A DNA stretch of 43,154 bases from Dokdonella sp. (GCA_039930065.1 JBDSPX010000110.1:1-43154), one strand, 5' to 3'. Numbered from the stretch's first letter, positions 19,273 through 29,370 are shown. Notes: a model not told the origin generated them from the sequence alone. A program made the numbers and translations.

Positions 19273-19827
19273 TTATGCGGATGCCTGCTGGAACTCTGCG
19301 GAACGGACCAGCGCTGTCATGCTGAACAGTCCCCAGAGAATCTCGCCAAGCTGGATCTTTTCACCGACATATCGCCGGTAGCGCTCGTCGTCCTCACCCT
19401 CCGCGCGGGCGCGCAATTCGTCAGAGAAGCTGCGCTGTCCAAGCACTTCGTCAACGAGCAAACCAACGCTGCCACCGTGCTGACGTACGACCAGCACTCG
19501 CGTGGAGTCCGTCAGAAGTGTCCGCGTGCCTTCGATGAAGTTGCGCAAATCAACGAGGGCAACGAGGTTGCCGCGGACGTTGGCTACGCCGAGCATCCAC
19601 AGCTGCGTACCCGGCACGATGGTCACTGCCGGCATGGTCAGGATTTCGTTGACTTCCGAGATGCCGCTGACCAGATGCCGATGCCCAATACGAAAACCGA
19701 TTCCACGCCAAAGACCGGGCGCGTCGATCTGCTCGGGCAATCCGGCCACGTGGGCGAGACTGCGGCGCTCGTAGTCGGCGAGCGTCTCAAAGGGACCGGA
19801 AGTCTGCTGTTCGGGGCTGATGGCCAT
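19273..19827 (-). CDS. pilI: CheW-like protein PilI
   Basis: WRGIGFRIG, VPGTQLWMLGVANVRGNL, GLLVDEVLGQRSF. Confidence 0.93.
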   Translation of the reverse strand: MAISPEQQTSGPFETLADYERRSLAHVAGLPEQIDAPGLWRGIGFRIGHRHLVSGISEVNEILTMPAVTIVPGTQLWMLGVANVRGNLVALVDLRNFIEGTRTLLTDSTRVLVVRQHGGSVGLLVDEVLGQRSFSDELRARAEGEDDERYRRYVGEKIQLGEILWGLFSMTALVRSAEFQQASA

Positions 19828-19837
19828 TCGTCTCGTC

Positions 19838-20203
19838 TCAGCCGGGGAGCAAGGTATCGATGCGCTGGAGCAGGGATTTTGCGTCCACCGGTTTGGTCAG
19901 GAAGTCCTTTGCGCCTTGGCGCAGGCCCCAGACGCGATCGGTTTCCATCGTCTTCGTCGTGACGATCAGGATCGGGATATGCCCGGTTCCGGCATCTCGA
20001 CTGAGATCGCGCGTGGCCTGAAAACCGTTCATGCCGGGCATGATCACGTCCATGATGACCAAGTCGGGAATCTCGCGCTTGACGCCGACGATGCCCTCTT
20101 CGGCACTGCCCGCGCTGCTGACGCGATGACCTGCTTTCTCCAGCAACGTCGTGAAAACACGGACGTCGGTTGGTGAATCATCGATGATGAAAATGTGCGC
20201 CAC
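19838..20203 (-). CDS. pilH: Single-domain response regulator PilH
   Basis: IIDDSPT, DLVIMDVIMPGMNGFQATR, DRVWGLRQGA; GTG start. Confidence 0.93.
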   Translation of the reverse strand: MAHIFIIDDSPTDVRVFTTLLEKAGHRVSSAGSAEEGIVGVKREIPDLVIMDVIMPGMNGFQATRDLSRDAGTGHIPILIVTTKTMETDRVWGLRQGAKDFLTKPVDAKSLLQRIDTLLPG

Positions 20204-20241
20204 CGCCTACCCCTGTGAGTCGAATGGCCAAGCCAACGGAA

Positions 20242-20640
20242 TTACTTCCAGTCCACGTGACGTCGAATTGCGCCGAGCAACTCCTCGCGCGTGAACGGCT
20301 TGGTCAGATATTGTTCGGAGCCGACGATGCGGCCCCGAGCCTTGTCGAACAACCCGTCCTTGGACGACAGCATGATCACTGGCGTCGCCTTGAACATCTG
20401 GTTGTTCTTGATCAGCGCGCAGGTCTGATAACCATCCAGACGCGGCATCATGATGTCGACAAAAATGATTTGCGGCTGCTGGTCGGAAATCTTGGCCAGT
20501 GCCTCGAAGCCGTCTGTCGCCGTCACGACTTCGCAACCTTCCTTGCGCAGCAAGGTCTCCGCTGTTCGGCGGATGGTTTTCGAATCGTCAATGACCATGA
20601 CTTTGAGGCCGCTGAAGCTGCCCTGCTTGGTCTCATCCAC
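20242..20640 (-). CDS. pilG: Single-domain response regulator PilG
   Basis: KVMVIDDSKTIRRTAETLL, IFVDIMMPRLDGYQTCALIK, SSKDGLFDKARGRIVGS. Start trimmed to GTG 20640. Confidence 0.96.
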   Translation of the reverse strand: MDETKQGSFSGLKVMVIDDSKTIRRTAETLLRKEGCEVVTATDGFEALAKISDQQPQIIFVDIMMPRLDGYQTCALIKNNQMFKATPVIMLSSKDGLFDKARGRIVGSEQYLTKPFTREELLGAIRRHVDWK

Positions 20641-20878
20641 CTGGTAAGGACCCCCAACCGCTGATACTGGATAATCAGACACGCAAGAAGCGTGCCTACC
20701 GAACCTTGATTCAGGAAACGCAGCAATCAATCGTCGACACACATTGCCGACGCATTAGCCGCTGCAAGTTCCTGATCTGGCCAATGCTTCTTAACCAATT
20801 CTTAGCTAATCTGTCAAGTTTAGCGTGTAAGTCCTCAATAAATCTTGGGAACCTGTTCGATTCACGCCGGCCGATTGA

Positions 20879-20906
20879 CTGACAATGCCGAAGCCGAGTG
20901 TAAACT
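20879..20906 (+). promoter_or_regulatory. Putative sigma70 promoter for gshB
   Basis: CTGACA-N16-TAAACT in the AT-richer divergent pilG/gshB spacer. A TTGACA facing pilG lies at 20812-20817 on the minus strand. Confidence 0.4.
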
Positions 20907-20967
20907 AGCCGGACCGCTTTCGTCGCCCCATTCCGGGTCGACATCATACCGCTCACGGAGTCACCGC

Positions 20968-21915
20968 ATGGCCCGTACTCTGGCCGTCCTGATGGATGCC
21001 ATTACCGATATCAGGATCGCGAAGGACACAAGCTTCGCGCTGCTTCTCGAAGCGCAACGTCGCGGCTATCAGATTCACTACATGACCCAGGGCGACCTGG
21101 CCATTCGTGACGGTGCACCGCTGGCTCGTCTGGCCGATCTGTCCGTTCGCGATGACGCACACGACTGGTTTACGCTCGGCGAACCTGCATGGATGGATCT
21201 GCGTCAAATCGATGTTGTCCTCGCGCGAAAGGATCCGCCCGTCGATGCACAGTTCATTTACGACACTCAGGTGCTGCAGCTTGCCCAGGATGCCGGCGTC
21301 CTTGTCGTCAACAATCCGCAAGGTTTGCGGGATGCCAATGAAAAGCTTTTCGCTCAGCATTTTCCACAATGCTGCGCACCGACCCTGGTGGCGCGTGATC
21401 CAGGTGAGCTCAAGCGCTTTGCCGCCGAACATGGCCGGATCGTGCTCAAACCCCTCGACGGCATGGGCGGACGCAGTATTTTTCTCTCGGGCCATGGTGA
21501 TCCCAATCTCAATGTGATCCTTGAGACATTGACCAGCAACGGCCAGGCTTTCGCCATGGCGCAGAAATTCATTGCCGAGATCAGTGCGGGCGACAAGCGC
21601 ATCTTGATGATTGATGGCGAGCCGGTTCCCTATGCGCTGGCAAGAATTCCTCAAGGTGACGAGTTCCGCGGCAACCTGGCGGCTGGCGGCAAGGGCAAGG
21701 GCGTGGCCCTGTCCGAACGTGATCGCTGGATCGCGGCTCAAGTCGGGCCTGAGCTCAAGCGTCGCGGCATGCTGTTTGTCGGACTTGATGTGATCGGCGA
21801 TTGGCTGACCGAGGTCAACGTCACCTCACCGACCTGCCTGCGCGAACTCGATGCCGAGTTCGGGCTGAATATTGCCGGTCAACTTTTTGACGTCATCGAA
21901 TCCCGGCTCGCGTGA
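20968..21915 (+). CDS. gshB: Glutathione synthetase
   Basis: KDTSFALLLEAQRRG, RKDPP, ANEK, KPLDGMGG, GDKRI, RGNLAAGG, EVNVTSPT. GGAG RBS before ATG 20968. Confidence 0.97.
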   Translation: MARTLAVLMDAITDIRIAKDTSFALLLEAQRRGYQIHYMTQGDLAIRDGAPLARLADLSVRDDAHDWFTLGEPAWMDLRQIDVVLARKDPPVDAQFIYDTQVLQLAQDAGVLVVNNPQGLRDANEKLFAQHFPQCCAPTLVARDPGELKRFAAEHGRIVLKPLDGMGGRSIFLSGHGDPNLNVILETLTSNGQAFAMAQKFIAEISAGDKRILMIDGEPVPYALARIPQGDEFRGNLAAGGKGKGVALSERDRWIAAQVGPELKRRGMLFVGLDVIGDWLTEVNVTSPTCLRELDAEFGLNIAGQLFDVIESRLA

Positions 21916-22775
21916 GCTCCCGCGCTTCCAGCAGTGCCTCCGATCGCCTCGGGGTCACCTTTCTGTTTTCCCTGATCGCGCATGCGGTGATCGCGCTCGG
22001 CATAACCTTCAGCATCGCCAAACCGTCCCCGTCGCTGCCATCGCTCGATGTCATCCTGCTCCAATCAGCCAGTGGTGAAGCACCAGACAAAGCGGACTTC
22101 CTGGCCCAGGCCAACAACAGCGGCGGCGGCGAGTCTGATACGGCCAAGCGTCCTAGCAATCCGCTGTCGAGCCCTATCCCCAAGCCAATCGCCGGCATTG
22201 CGCCGCGCCCGACCGAAAATGGCGCACCGCGTCCGTCCGCGCCGACACAGGCCGAGTTGCTGACCACGCGGCAAGCCGATCGCCAGGTCGACAGCGCACG
22301 CGAGACACCCGACACGCCCGATCTGCATGCACCGAGCGAACGCGAGATCATCGAACGCAAGCTCGAAATGGCCCAGCTCGCGCAGGAGATTCAGCGCGAA
22401 ACCGAGAAATACGCGAAGCGACCCAAGCGCAAGTACATTTCCGCGAATACCAAGGAATATGCTTACGCCAGCTATATGAGCGCCTGGGTCGCACGCATCG
22501 AACGCATCGGCAATCTCAACTATCCGGATGACGCCCGACGTCAGGAAGTGCATGGCCAACTTGTCCTTACTGTCGGCCTCAATCGTGACGGCAGCGTCAA
22601 GAGCATCGATATCATCCAGCCCAGCGGGCACAAGATTCTTGACGATGCGGCGATCCGCATCGTGAGACTTGCCGCACCGTTCAATGCCTTGCCGAAGAAC
22701 GCCGATACGATCGACGAGCTTTACATCACGCGAACCTGGCAATTTCTCGAAGGCAATATCCTGCGCAATCGCTGA
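21912..22775 (+). CDS. Energy transducer TonB-family protein
   Basis: N-terminal TM with SLIAH, Pro-rich segment, C-terminal IERIGNLNYP...SGHKILDDAAIRIVRLAAPF...ITRTWQF. GTGA overlap with gshB. Confidence 0.9.
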   Translation: MSSRASSSASDRLGVTFLFSLIAHAVIALGITFSIAKPSPSLPSLDVILLQSASGEAPDKADFLAQANNSGGGESDTAKRPSNPLSSPIPKPIAGIAPRPTENGAPRPSAPTQAELLTTRQADRQVDSARETPDTPDLHAPSEREIIERKLEMAQLAQEIQRETEKYAKRPKRKYISANTKEYAYASYMSAWVARIERIGNLNYPDDARRQEVHGQLVLTVGLNRDGSVKSIDIIQPSGHKILDDAAIRIVRLAAPFNALPKNADTIDELYITRTWQFLEGNILRNR

Positions 22776-22833
22776 CTGCCTGTGCACTTCGGAAAATAGA
22801 GTGATTGCTGAACGCCGCGACCTGTGGCTGCCG

Positions 22834-22839
22834 TACAAT
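22834..22839 (+). promoter_or_regulatory. -10 hexamer TACAAT, 6 nt before the yqgE ATG (leaderless-type)
   Basis: TACAATgcgcgaATG; no Shine-Dalgarno. Confidence 0.6.
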
Positions 22840-22845
22840 GCGCGA

Positions 22846-23409
22846 ATGCACCAGTCTTCCACGCTCTCGAACCAGTTGCTGATCGCGATGCCGAATCTGC
22901 GCGACCCCAACTTCGAGCGCGGCGTTACCCTGCTTTGCCAACATGGCGACGACGGCGCGATGGGCATCATGATCAACCGGCTTTCGGACTATTGCCTGGG
23001 CGATGTGCTGGCGCAGATGAATCTGCGCTCGGACCTGCCCGATGTGATTGAGGCGCCGGTTCTGGTTGGCGGACCGGTCCAACCCGAGCGCGGCTTCGTC
23101 CTGCACACGCCACATGGCGGTTGGGATTCCTCGTTTCGTATTTCCGACACGATCAGCGTGACGACTTCGCGTGACATTCTCGAAGCGATGGCTTGCGGCA
23201 ACGGTCCACAACATGCTGTTGTTGCGCTCGGCTATTCGGGCTGGAGTCCAGGTCAAATCGAACACGAACTGCGCGAAAATGCGTGGCTGACGGCACCGGT
23301 AGACAACGCGATACTTTTCACCACGCCATTGTCGGATCGATGGCAGGCTTCGGCGGCCTTGGTCGGCGTCAATCTCGATCAGATTTCGCCTTATGCCGGC
23401 AACGCCTGA
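22846..23409 (+). CDS. yqgE: YqgE/AlgH family protein
   Basis: LLIAMPNLRDPNF, GAMGIMIN, GGPVQPERGFVLH, LGYSGWSPGQIE, NAWL, C-terminal AGNA. Confidence 0.95.
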   Translation: MHQSSTLSNQLLIAMPNLRDPNFERGVTLLCQHGDDGAMGIMINRLSDYCLGDVLAQMNLRSDLPDVIEAPVLVGGPVQPERGFVLHTPHGGWDSSFRISDTISVTTSRDILEAMACGNGPQHAVVALGYSGWSPGQIEHELRENAWLTAPVDNAILFTTPLSDRWQASAALVGVNLDQISPYAGNA

Positions 23410-23421
23410 GGGGAGTGCAGC

Positions 23422-23874
23422 GTGAATGATGCGGCGGGCTATCTGCTGGCATTTGATGTCGGCACACGGCTGTGTGGCGTTGCCATCGGCCATCCGATCA
23501 CCGCCACCGCGCGCGCGCTGACAACCGTCCAGGTCCATCACGGCAAGGTCGACTGGAAAGCGATCGATGTGCTCGTCAAGGAATGGCAACCGCAGTCCTT
23601 CGTCGTTGGCTTGCCGTTGGCGCTGGATGGCAGTGAGCAGCCGATGACGCTCCACGCACGCGCTTTCGGTGAACAGCTTCGACAACGCTACGGCTGCGCC
23701 GTGCATGAATGCGATGAGCGCTTTACCTCGAAGGAAGCGGCACGGCGATTTGCCGAGCAGCGCGCCCAAGGCAACGCCAAACGCAAGCACGGCGCTGACA
23801 TTGACGCGCTGGCTGCGCAGATCATTCTCGAATCCTGGTTCGCACTTTCAGACCACCGCCAGAGTCCCGCATGA
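23422..23874 (+). CDS. ruvX: YqgF/RuvX pre-16S rRNA nuclease
   Basis: LAFDVG, VVGLP, DERFTS, IDALAAQIILE. Confidence 0.95.
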   Translation: MNDAAGYLLAFDVGTRLCGVAIGHPITATARALTTVQVHHGKVDWKAIDVLVKEWQPQSFVVGLPLALDGSEQPMTLHARAFGEQLRQRYGCAVHECDERFTSKEAARRFAEQRAQGNAKRKHGADIDALAAQIILESWFALSDHRQSPA

Positions 23875-24818
23875 CAGACGACTTGCAGATCGATGCCAAT
23901 GGCAGATTGCGCCACCTGATTACACTCGAAGGCTTGGGTCACAAACGCATCAGCGCGTTGCTCGACCGCGCAGCAGCGTTGCGCGAGGCATTTGCAAATG
24001 GGGTGCAAGAGTCGAAATTGCTCGGCGGGCGCACCATCATCAACCTGTTTTTCGAGACGTCGACGCGAACGCGGACGAGCTTCGAGCTGGCCGCGCGCAG
24101 GCTCGGTGCGACCGTCATCAATTTTGATATCGCCAGCTCATCTACGAGCAAGGGCGAATCGCTGGAAGACACCTTGGCCACACTCGAAGCCATGCAAGCC
24201 GATGCCTTCGTCGTGAGGCATCGGGAAAATGGAACACCTGCCCGCCTGGCCGCCAGCGCCCGCCGCGCGGCGATCTTGAATGCGGGCGATGGCAATCACG
24301 CGCATCCCACCCAAGGCTTGCTCGATGCGTTGACCATCCGCGACCGCCACGCCGATTTTTCTCGACTCAAAGTGACGATTTGCGGCGACATCCGACATTC
24401 ACGGGTCGCGCGCTCGGATCTGCATGTCCTCGAAGCTCTCGGCACAGCTGACATCCGCCTTTGCGGACCAACGACGCTGATGCCTGCAGCGGACGAGTTC
24501 CCGCACTATCAGCGATTCGAAAACTTCGACGAAGCCATTGCCGGATGCGATGTCGTGATCATGCTGCGTTTGCAGCGGGAACGCATGGTCGAAGCGATGA
24601 TCGGCGATGAGATGGAATATTTTTCGCGCTTTGGCCTCGACGCCAGGCGTTTGCATCTGGCCGCCGCTGACGCGATGGTCATGCACCCGGGACCGATCAA
24701 TCGCGGCATCGAAATTGCGGAAGATGTCGCCGATGGCGCTCAATCGGTCATCCTCGATCAAGTCGCGAATGGTGTACCCGTGCGTATGGCAGTGCTCGCT
24801 GCCCTGCTTTGCAACTGA
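23871..24818 (+). CDS. pyrB: Aspartate carbamoyltransferase catalytic subunit
   Basis: FFETSTRTRTSF, KGESLEDT, NAGDG...HPTQGLLD, GDIRHSRVARS, RLQRER, HPGPINRG. Confidence 0.97.
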   Translation: MTDDLQIDANGRLRHLITLEGLGHKRISALLDRAAALREAFANGVQESKLLGGRTIINLFFETSTRTRTSFELAARRLGATVINFDIASSSTSKGESLEDTLATLEAMQADAFVVRHRENGTPARLAASARRAAILNAGDGNHAHPTQGLLDALTIRDRHADFSRLKVTICGDIRHSRVARSDLHVLEALGTADIRLCGPTTLMPAADEFPHYQRFENFDEAIAGCDVVIMLRLQRERMVEAMIGDEMEYFSRFGLDARRLHLAAADAMVMHPGPINRGIEIAEDVADGAQSVILDQVANGVPVRMAVLAALLCN

Positions 24819-24891
24819 CTCAATTTTTCCCGCGATCATGCATGAGCGCATGGTCGCGCCCTGACTGCAAAAAAACCCAAGGATATGGACC

Positions 24892-26571
24892 ATGTTGAAA
24901 AACCGCGCCTTCCTGCTCACAGGACTGATCTTCATCGCAGCCTGCAGCAAACCCGCCGACACCAGCTCGCCACTGGCTTTTGTTCCGGCCGATTCACCAT
25001 TTGTCATGGCCAACAGCGAACCCTCCCCCGATGCGGTCAAGCAGACCTGGACGCGGATGATGCAGGGCACCTGGCCCACTGTGCTGGGGTTCTACGACCG
25101 CATGCTGGATGGCCTGCCCGATCAAGGCGACGCGAAAACTGCCAAAGCCAAACAGGTCATAAAGGCAATTCTCGATGAGGTTCGCCAACGCGATACGCCA
25201 GCAAAATGGGCCGAGGCAGGATTCTCGATGGACGCCCGCGCTGCATTCTATGGCGTGGGTCTGGTTCCGGTCGTGCGCGTCGAGTTGGGAGACGCCGACA
25301 AGTTCCGCGCCATGGTCGCGCGCATCGAGAAGAATGCCGATGCCAAACTCGCGACGTCGCGTGTCGACGATCAAGACGTCTGGATCATCGACATCGACAA
25401 GGCTGAGGCGCTGATCGCAATCGAAGGCAAGCATCTGGTCATGTCGGTGCTGCCTGACAACGCCGACAAGGGTTTGCGCCGACGCGTACTCGGCCTCGAC
25501 CGTCCGAGCGAAAGCCTGGAGACGTCAGGCGGCTTGGTCACGTTCAACAAGGCCGAAGGCTATCTGCCGTACGGCAGCGGCTGGATCGACTTCAAACGCA
25601 TCGCGAGCTTGATCGACAACGATCCCGGCTATACCGCATTCGCGAACATGGCTACGCAAAACCCGCCGAAGCTCGATGCAGCATGCCGCAGTGAGTTTGA
25701 AGCTCTCGCTGCACGCGCGCCCCGCCTTGTGATGGGATACACGCGCCTTGAGGGAGAACATTTCGTTGCCAACGGGCGGCTCGATCTCGATGCCGAACTG
25801 GCTGCATCGTTTATCAAGCTGTCTGCGCCACCGGCTGGTTCAGCGGCGCCGTCGACATCGCTCTATGACATCGCACTGTCGCTGCCGATCCTCAAGATCA
25901 AGGATTTTCTCATCGAGCGCAGCAATGCGATCGTCAACTCGCCGTTCCAATGTGCCGCACTCGCACCGATGAACGAGGCAGCAGCCAACGCCAAGCAGCA
26001 ATTGACTCAGGTCGTTCCGCCGCCGCTGAGCGATTTCACCGGGCTGCGTTTGATGATCGATCGTCTCGACATTCCCGAAGGCGGCAGCCCGGATGCATCA
26101 GCCGCCGTGTTGATCGGCAGCTCGAACCCGATGGGCATGATCGGCATGGCGCAGCTCGTGGTTCCGTCATTGCGTGATTTCAAACTCGCGCTGGATGGCA
26201 AGGCGGTCGATCTTCCGGCAGGGATCATTCCGACCGAAGTGGGATTTGCACCTCCGATGCAGATCGCCGCGAACGACACCGCCGTGGCGATAGGCATGGG
26301 CAAGCAGATCGATCTGGGCGCTTTCCTCGCCGCACCGGTGGCACATGACGGTCAGTTGCTTCGCGCTGCTTATACCGGTGAGTTCTACAACACGCTGAGC
26401 ATGATGATGACGCGCTTTTCCTCGGCAATGCCGGCGCAGCAACGCACAGAACTTGAAGCACAGACGGCGATGTACAAACTTTATGCGCGCTGGATCAACT
26501 CCATCGATATCCGCATCAATGCGACGTCGAAAGGCATCGAAATGATCGAGGATGCCAAGCTGAACCCGTAA
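24892..26571 (+). CDS. Hypothetical lipoprotein
   Basis: 559 aa; basic N-terminus, hydrophobic core and IAAC lipobox; AAGGA RBS; no catalytic motif recognised. Confidence 0.8.
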   Translation: MLKNRAFLLTGLIFIAACSKPADTSSPLAFVPADSPFVMANSEPSPDAVKQTWTRMMQGTWPTVLGFYDRMLDGLPDQGDAKTAKAKQVIKAILDEVRQRDTPAKWAEAGFSMDARAAFYGVGLVPVVRVELGDADKFRAMVARIEKNADAKLATSRVDDQDVWIIDIDKAEALIAIEGKHLVMSVLPDNADKGLRRRVLGLDRPSESLETSGGLVTFNKAEGYLPYGSGWIDFKRIASLIDNDPGYTAFANMATQNPPKLDAACRSEFEALAARAPRLVMGYTRLEGEHFVANGRLDLDAELAASFIKLSAPPAGSAAPSTSLYDIALSLPILKIKDFLIERSNAIVNSPFQCAALAPMNEAAANAKQQLTQVVPPPLSDFTGLRLMIDRLDIPEGGSPDASAAVLIGSSNPMGMIGMAQLVVPSLRDFKLALDGKAVDLPAGIIPTEVGFAPPMQIAANDTAVAIGMGKQIDLGAFLAAPVAHDGQLLRAAYTGEFYNTLSMMMTRFSSAMPAQQRTELEAQTAMYKLYARWINSIDIRINATSKGIEMIEDAKLNP

Positions 26572-26583
26572 GCCCGAGTCGCG

Positions 26584-26615
26584 GAAGCACTTGGCGCCGC
26601 GGCGCCAAGTGCTTC
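26584..26615. terminator. Perfect 32-bp palindrome between convergent genes
   Basis: GAAGCACTTGGCGCCG|CGGCGCCAAGTGCTTC, between stops at 26571 and 26639. Confidence 0.65.
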
Positions 26616-26638
26616 TCGATGCTGCAAAAACGATGCTC

Positions 26639-28204
26639 TCAACGGCGCTGGTTGGAGTCTGCCTCGAGCAACAGGTCAAGATGCAGCCGATCACCAAGGT
26701 CTGCTCGCTGATTTTCCTCGCGCCATACCTGCATGACCGCCTCAGGCTCAACGCAGCGCTGCCGGCTGCCATTACGGTGAAGAATCGTGATGGCCGGATA
26801 GAAACGGCGAAGCCAACGAAGATAGTCGATTGGAACGGTCGCCGTGGCGCGTTCGATCGCCCACGGGTGGAATTCGCTGAGCAGGATGGGGCGCAGCCGA
26901 GTGATCGTGCGCTCAAGGCCACGAAGCGCCAGTGGCTCCATGCCTTCTATGTCAATTTTGAGGAGATCCAGACGATCCAGCCCGCCCAAAATATCGTCGA
27001 GCGCCAGGGTCGGCAACGTCCTGCTCAACCCGCGACCTTCGCGCAGGCGCTCACCCGCAGCTGACAGCGTCGCACTATTGGATGTCTCGGGGTGCGTGCG
27101 CAACTGGATCGATCCTGCTTGATCACTGGCAGCGCCTGCAATTATCTCAACCTGATCAAAGGCGTTTGCTTGAACGGCGCGACGGATCAATTGCCGATTG
27201 CGCGCAATAGGCTCGACCGCAATGACGCGACCGCCGCGACCGACTCTGGACGCCGCAAGCATCGTGAAATTGCCGATGTTCGCGCCGACATCGAGCACGA
27301 CGTCGCCTTCGCCCAAGCGTTCGCGCAACACCGCAGCGACATGCGGTTCATGCTCGGCACCGGCGATGATCGGCGCACTGATGTGCAAGTCGCTCGAGTA
27401 AGCAAAAAGTGCATAGCCTCCGCAATCGACCCGTTGCGGCGGCTCATCGCGATTGACCACGCTCCAGCGACGGCCGCGCCAGCCAGCCCCTGCCGCACCA
27501 TCATCGAGCGCGGCCAGCAGGTGCATCCCGGGGTATTCCGCCAGCCGATCGCGCAGGTCGCTCTCGGCAAGCGCGTGCATCTCGAAAACTTCGCGACGCC
27601 GCCAGAGCACACGTCGAAGCGGATTGAGCCAGCGATTTGAAGCGAGTCCGAACAAACGGCCGCGCCAGCTTGCATCACTGCCATCGACAAACTGGAACAC
27701 TGCCACACCGCCCGGCGCGAGGATGCGCAGGAATTCCTCAACATAGCCGATGGCAAGCGCAGTCGGGATGTGTTGCAAGGTGATGTGCGAAAAAACGAAA
27801 TCGACGCTGCCGTCGTCGATACCAACGAGCTCGCTGGCTGTGTTCTCGATAAACTCGATGTTAGCCAGATCGGCATTCAAATCACGGGCCGCGGCAATCA
27901 TGCTCGCCGACACGTCAATACCGATCACTTTGGTAAAATGGGAAGCCAATGCGCGCGAAAGGCGCCCCGCGCCGCAACCGAAATCGAGCGCAAGATCGCG
28001 CTGCATGGGCAACCCGCTGTTCGCGAGTGCGGCGAGCTGGCTGTCGATTTCGATCTGTCCGGTGGCGAGGAACTCGTCAGCCTGCCAACGGCCTCCACGC
28101 TTGTCGTTGTGCGAGAGCACTGCCCACAGCGGATCATCCTGTCCGAGCGCACCCCAGACTCTGCGCAGCTTGGCGAGCTGCGCGTCCTTGACCTGGATCG
28201 CCAT
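26639..28204 (-). CDS. Fused class I SAM methyltransferase and FkbM-family methyltransferase
   Basis: Domain 1: ALDFGCGAGRLS, GIDVS, VDFVFSHITLQH, RILAPGG. Domain 2: VLDVGANIG, IAVEP, LKIDIEGME. Confidence 0.88.
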   Translation of the reverse strand: MAIQVKDAQLAKLRRVWGALGQDDPLWAVLSHNDKRGGRWQADEFLATGQIEIDSQLAALANSGLPMQRDLALDFGCGAGRLSRALASHFTKVIGIDVSASMIAAARDLNADLANIEFIENTASELVGIDDGSVDFVFSHITLQHIPTALAIGYVEEFLRILAPGGVAVFQFVDGSDASWRGRLFGLASNRWLNPLRRVLWRRREVFEMHALAESDLRDRLAEYPGMHLLAALDDGAAGAGWRGRRWSVVNRDEPPQRVDCGGYALFAYSSDLHISAPIIAGAEHEPHVAAVLRERLGEGDVVLDVGANIGNFTMLAASRVGRGGRVIAVEPIARNRQLIRRAVQANAFDQVEIIAGAASDQAGSIQLRTHPETSNSATLSAAGERLREGRGLSRTLPTLALDDILGGLDRLDLLKIDIEGMEPLALRGLERTITRLRPILLSEFHPWAIERATATVPIDYLRWLRRFYPAITILHRNGSRQRCVEPEAVMQVWREENQRADLGDRLHLDLLLEADSNQRR

Positions 28205-28239
28205 GGATCAGTGTGCCGCGATCTGCAGCAGCGTTCGGA

Positions 28240-29370
28240 TCACGTCGTTTCGCTGAGTTCGACGCCGTCGAGCCCCTGCGACAGCGTATGCGCATCGCCG
28301 CCTTGGGCAAGCTTGATCTTGAGTCGGACTTCGTTGGTCGAATCGGCGTGGCGCAAGGCGTCCTCGTAGGAAATCTCGCCAGCCTGGTAGAGCTCGAACA
28401 AGGCCTGATCGAAGGTCTTCATGCCGAGGTTGGTCGATTCCTTCATCACATCCTTGAGCTTGTGGATATCGCCCTGGCGGATATAGTCCTGCACCAGCGG
28501 CGTGCCGAGCAGCACCTCGATGGCGACACGGCGAGATTTTCCATCTGGCGTCGGAATCAGCTGCTGGGCGACCACGCCCTTGAGATTCAGCGACAGATCC
28601 ATGAACAACTGCGATCGACGATCCTCGGAGAAGAAATGGATGATGCGGTCCATCGCCTGGTTGGCGTTGTTCGCATGCAGGGTGCACAGGCAGAGATGGC
28701 CGGTTTCCGAGAAGTTGATCGCGTGTTCCATCGTCTCGCGCGTGCGCACCTCGCCGATCATGATCACATCGGGTGCCTGACGCAGCGTGTTCTTCAGCGC
28801 GTTCTCCCAGGAATCGGTATCGATGCCGAGTTCGCGCTGGGTGATGATGCAGCCTTCATGCTTGTGCACATATTCGATCGGATCTTCGATCGTGATGATG
28901 TGGCTGGTCGAATTGAGATTGCGATAGCCGAGCATCGCGGCCAGCGAGGTTGATTTACCGGTACCGGTTGCACCGACAAAGATGATGATGCCGCGCTTGG
29001 TCATCGCCAGGGTCTTGATCACCGGCGGCAGGTTCAGCTCGTCAACGGTCGGAATGCGTGTCTCGATGCGACGCAGAACCATGCCGACGCAGTTGCGTTG
29101 ATAGAAGCACGAGACACGGAAACGACCGACGCCGGTAACGGCAATGGCGAACTGGCACTCGTGGGTCTTCTCGAACTCCTCGCGTTGCGAGGGCGTCATC
29201 ACATTCAGCACCATGTCACGCGCTTGTTGCGGCGTCAGTGCATTTTGCGTGATCGGCGAGATTCTGCCGTGGACCTTCATCGAAGGCGCGACACCAGCCG
29301 TGATGAACAGGTCGGAGGCCTTCTTGTGCACCATCAACTTGAGGAACGAGGTGAAGTCAACGCCGCTCAT
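28240..29370 (-). CDS. pilU: Type IV pilus retraction ATPase PilU
   Basis: Walker A GATGTGKST, TIEDPIE, LRQAPDVIMIGE, GHLCLCTLHANNANQA. Lacks the PilT AIRNLIRE motif. GGGAGA RBS. Confidence 0.93.
   Translation of the reverse strand: MSGVDFTSFLKLMVHKKASDLFITAGVAPSMKVHGRISPITQNALTPQQARDMVLNVMTPSQREEFEKTHECQFAIAVTGVGRFRVSCFYQRNCVGMVLRRIETRIPTVDELNLPPVIKTLAMTKRGIIIFVGATGTGKSTSLAAMLGYRNLNSTSHIITIEDPIEYVHKHEGCIITQRELGIDTDSWENALKNTLRQAPDVIMIGEVRTRETMEHAINFSETGHLCLCTLHANNANQAMDRIIHFFSEDRRSQLFMDLSLNLKGVVAQQLIPTPDGKSRRVAIEVLLGTPLVQDYIRQGDIHKLKDVMKESTNLGMKTFDQALFELYQAGEISYEDALRHADSTNEVRLKIKLAQGGDAHTLSQGLDGVELSETT

Noticed and set aside
22065-23790. 303-aa and 354-aa minus-strand ORFs
   Set aside because: Antisense to tonB, yqgE and ruvX, which have clear family motifs.
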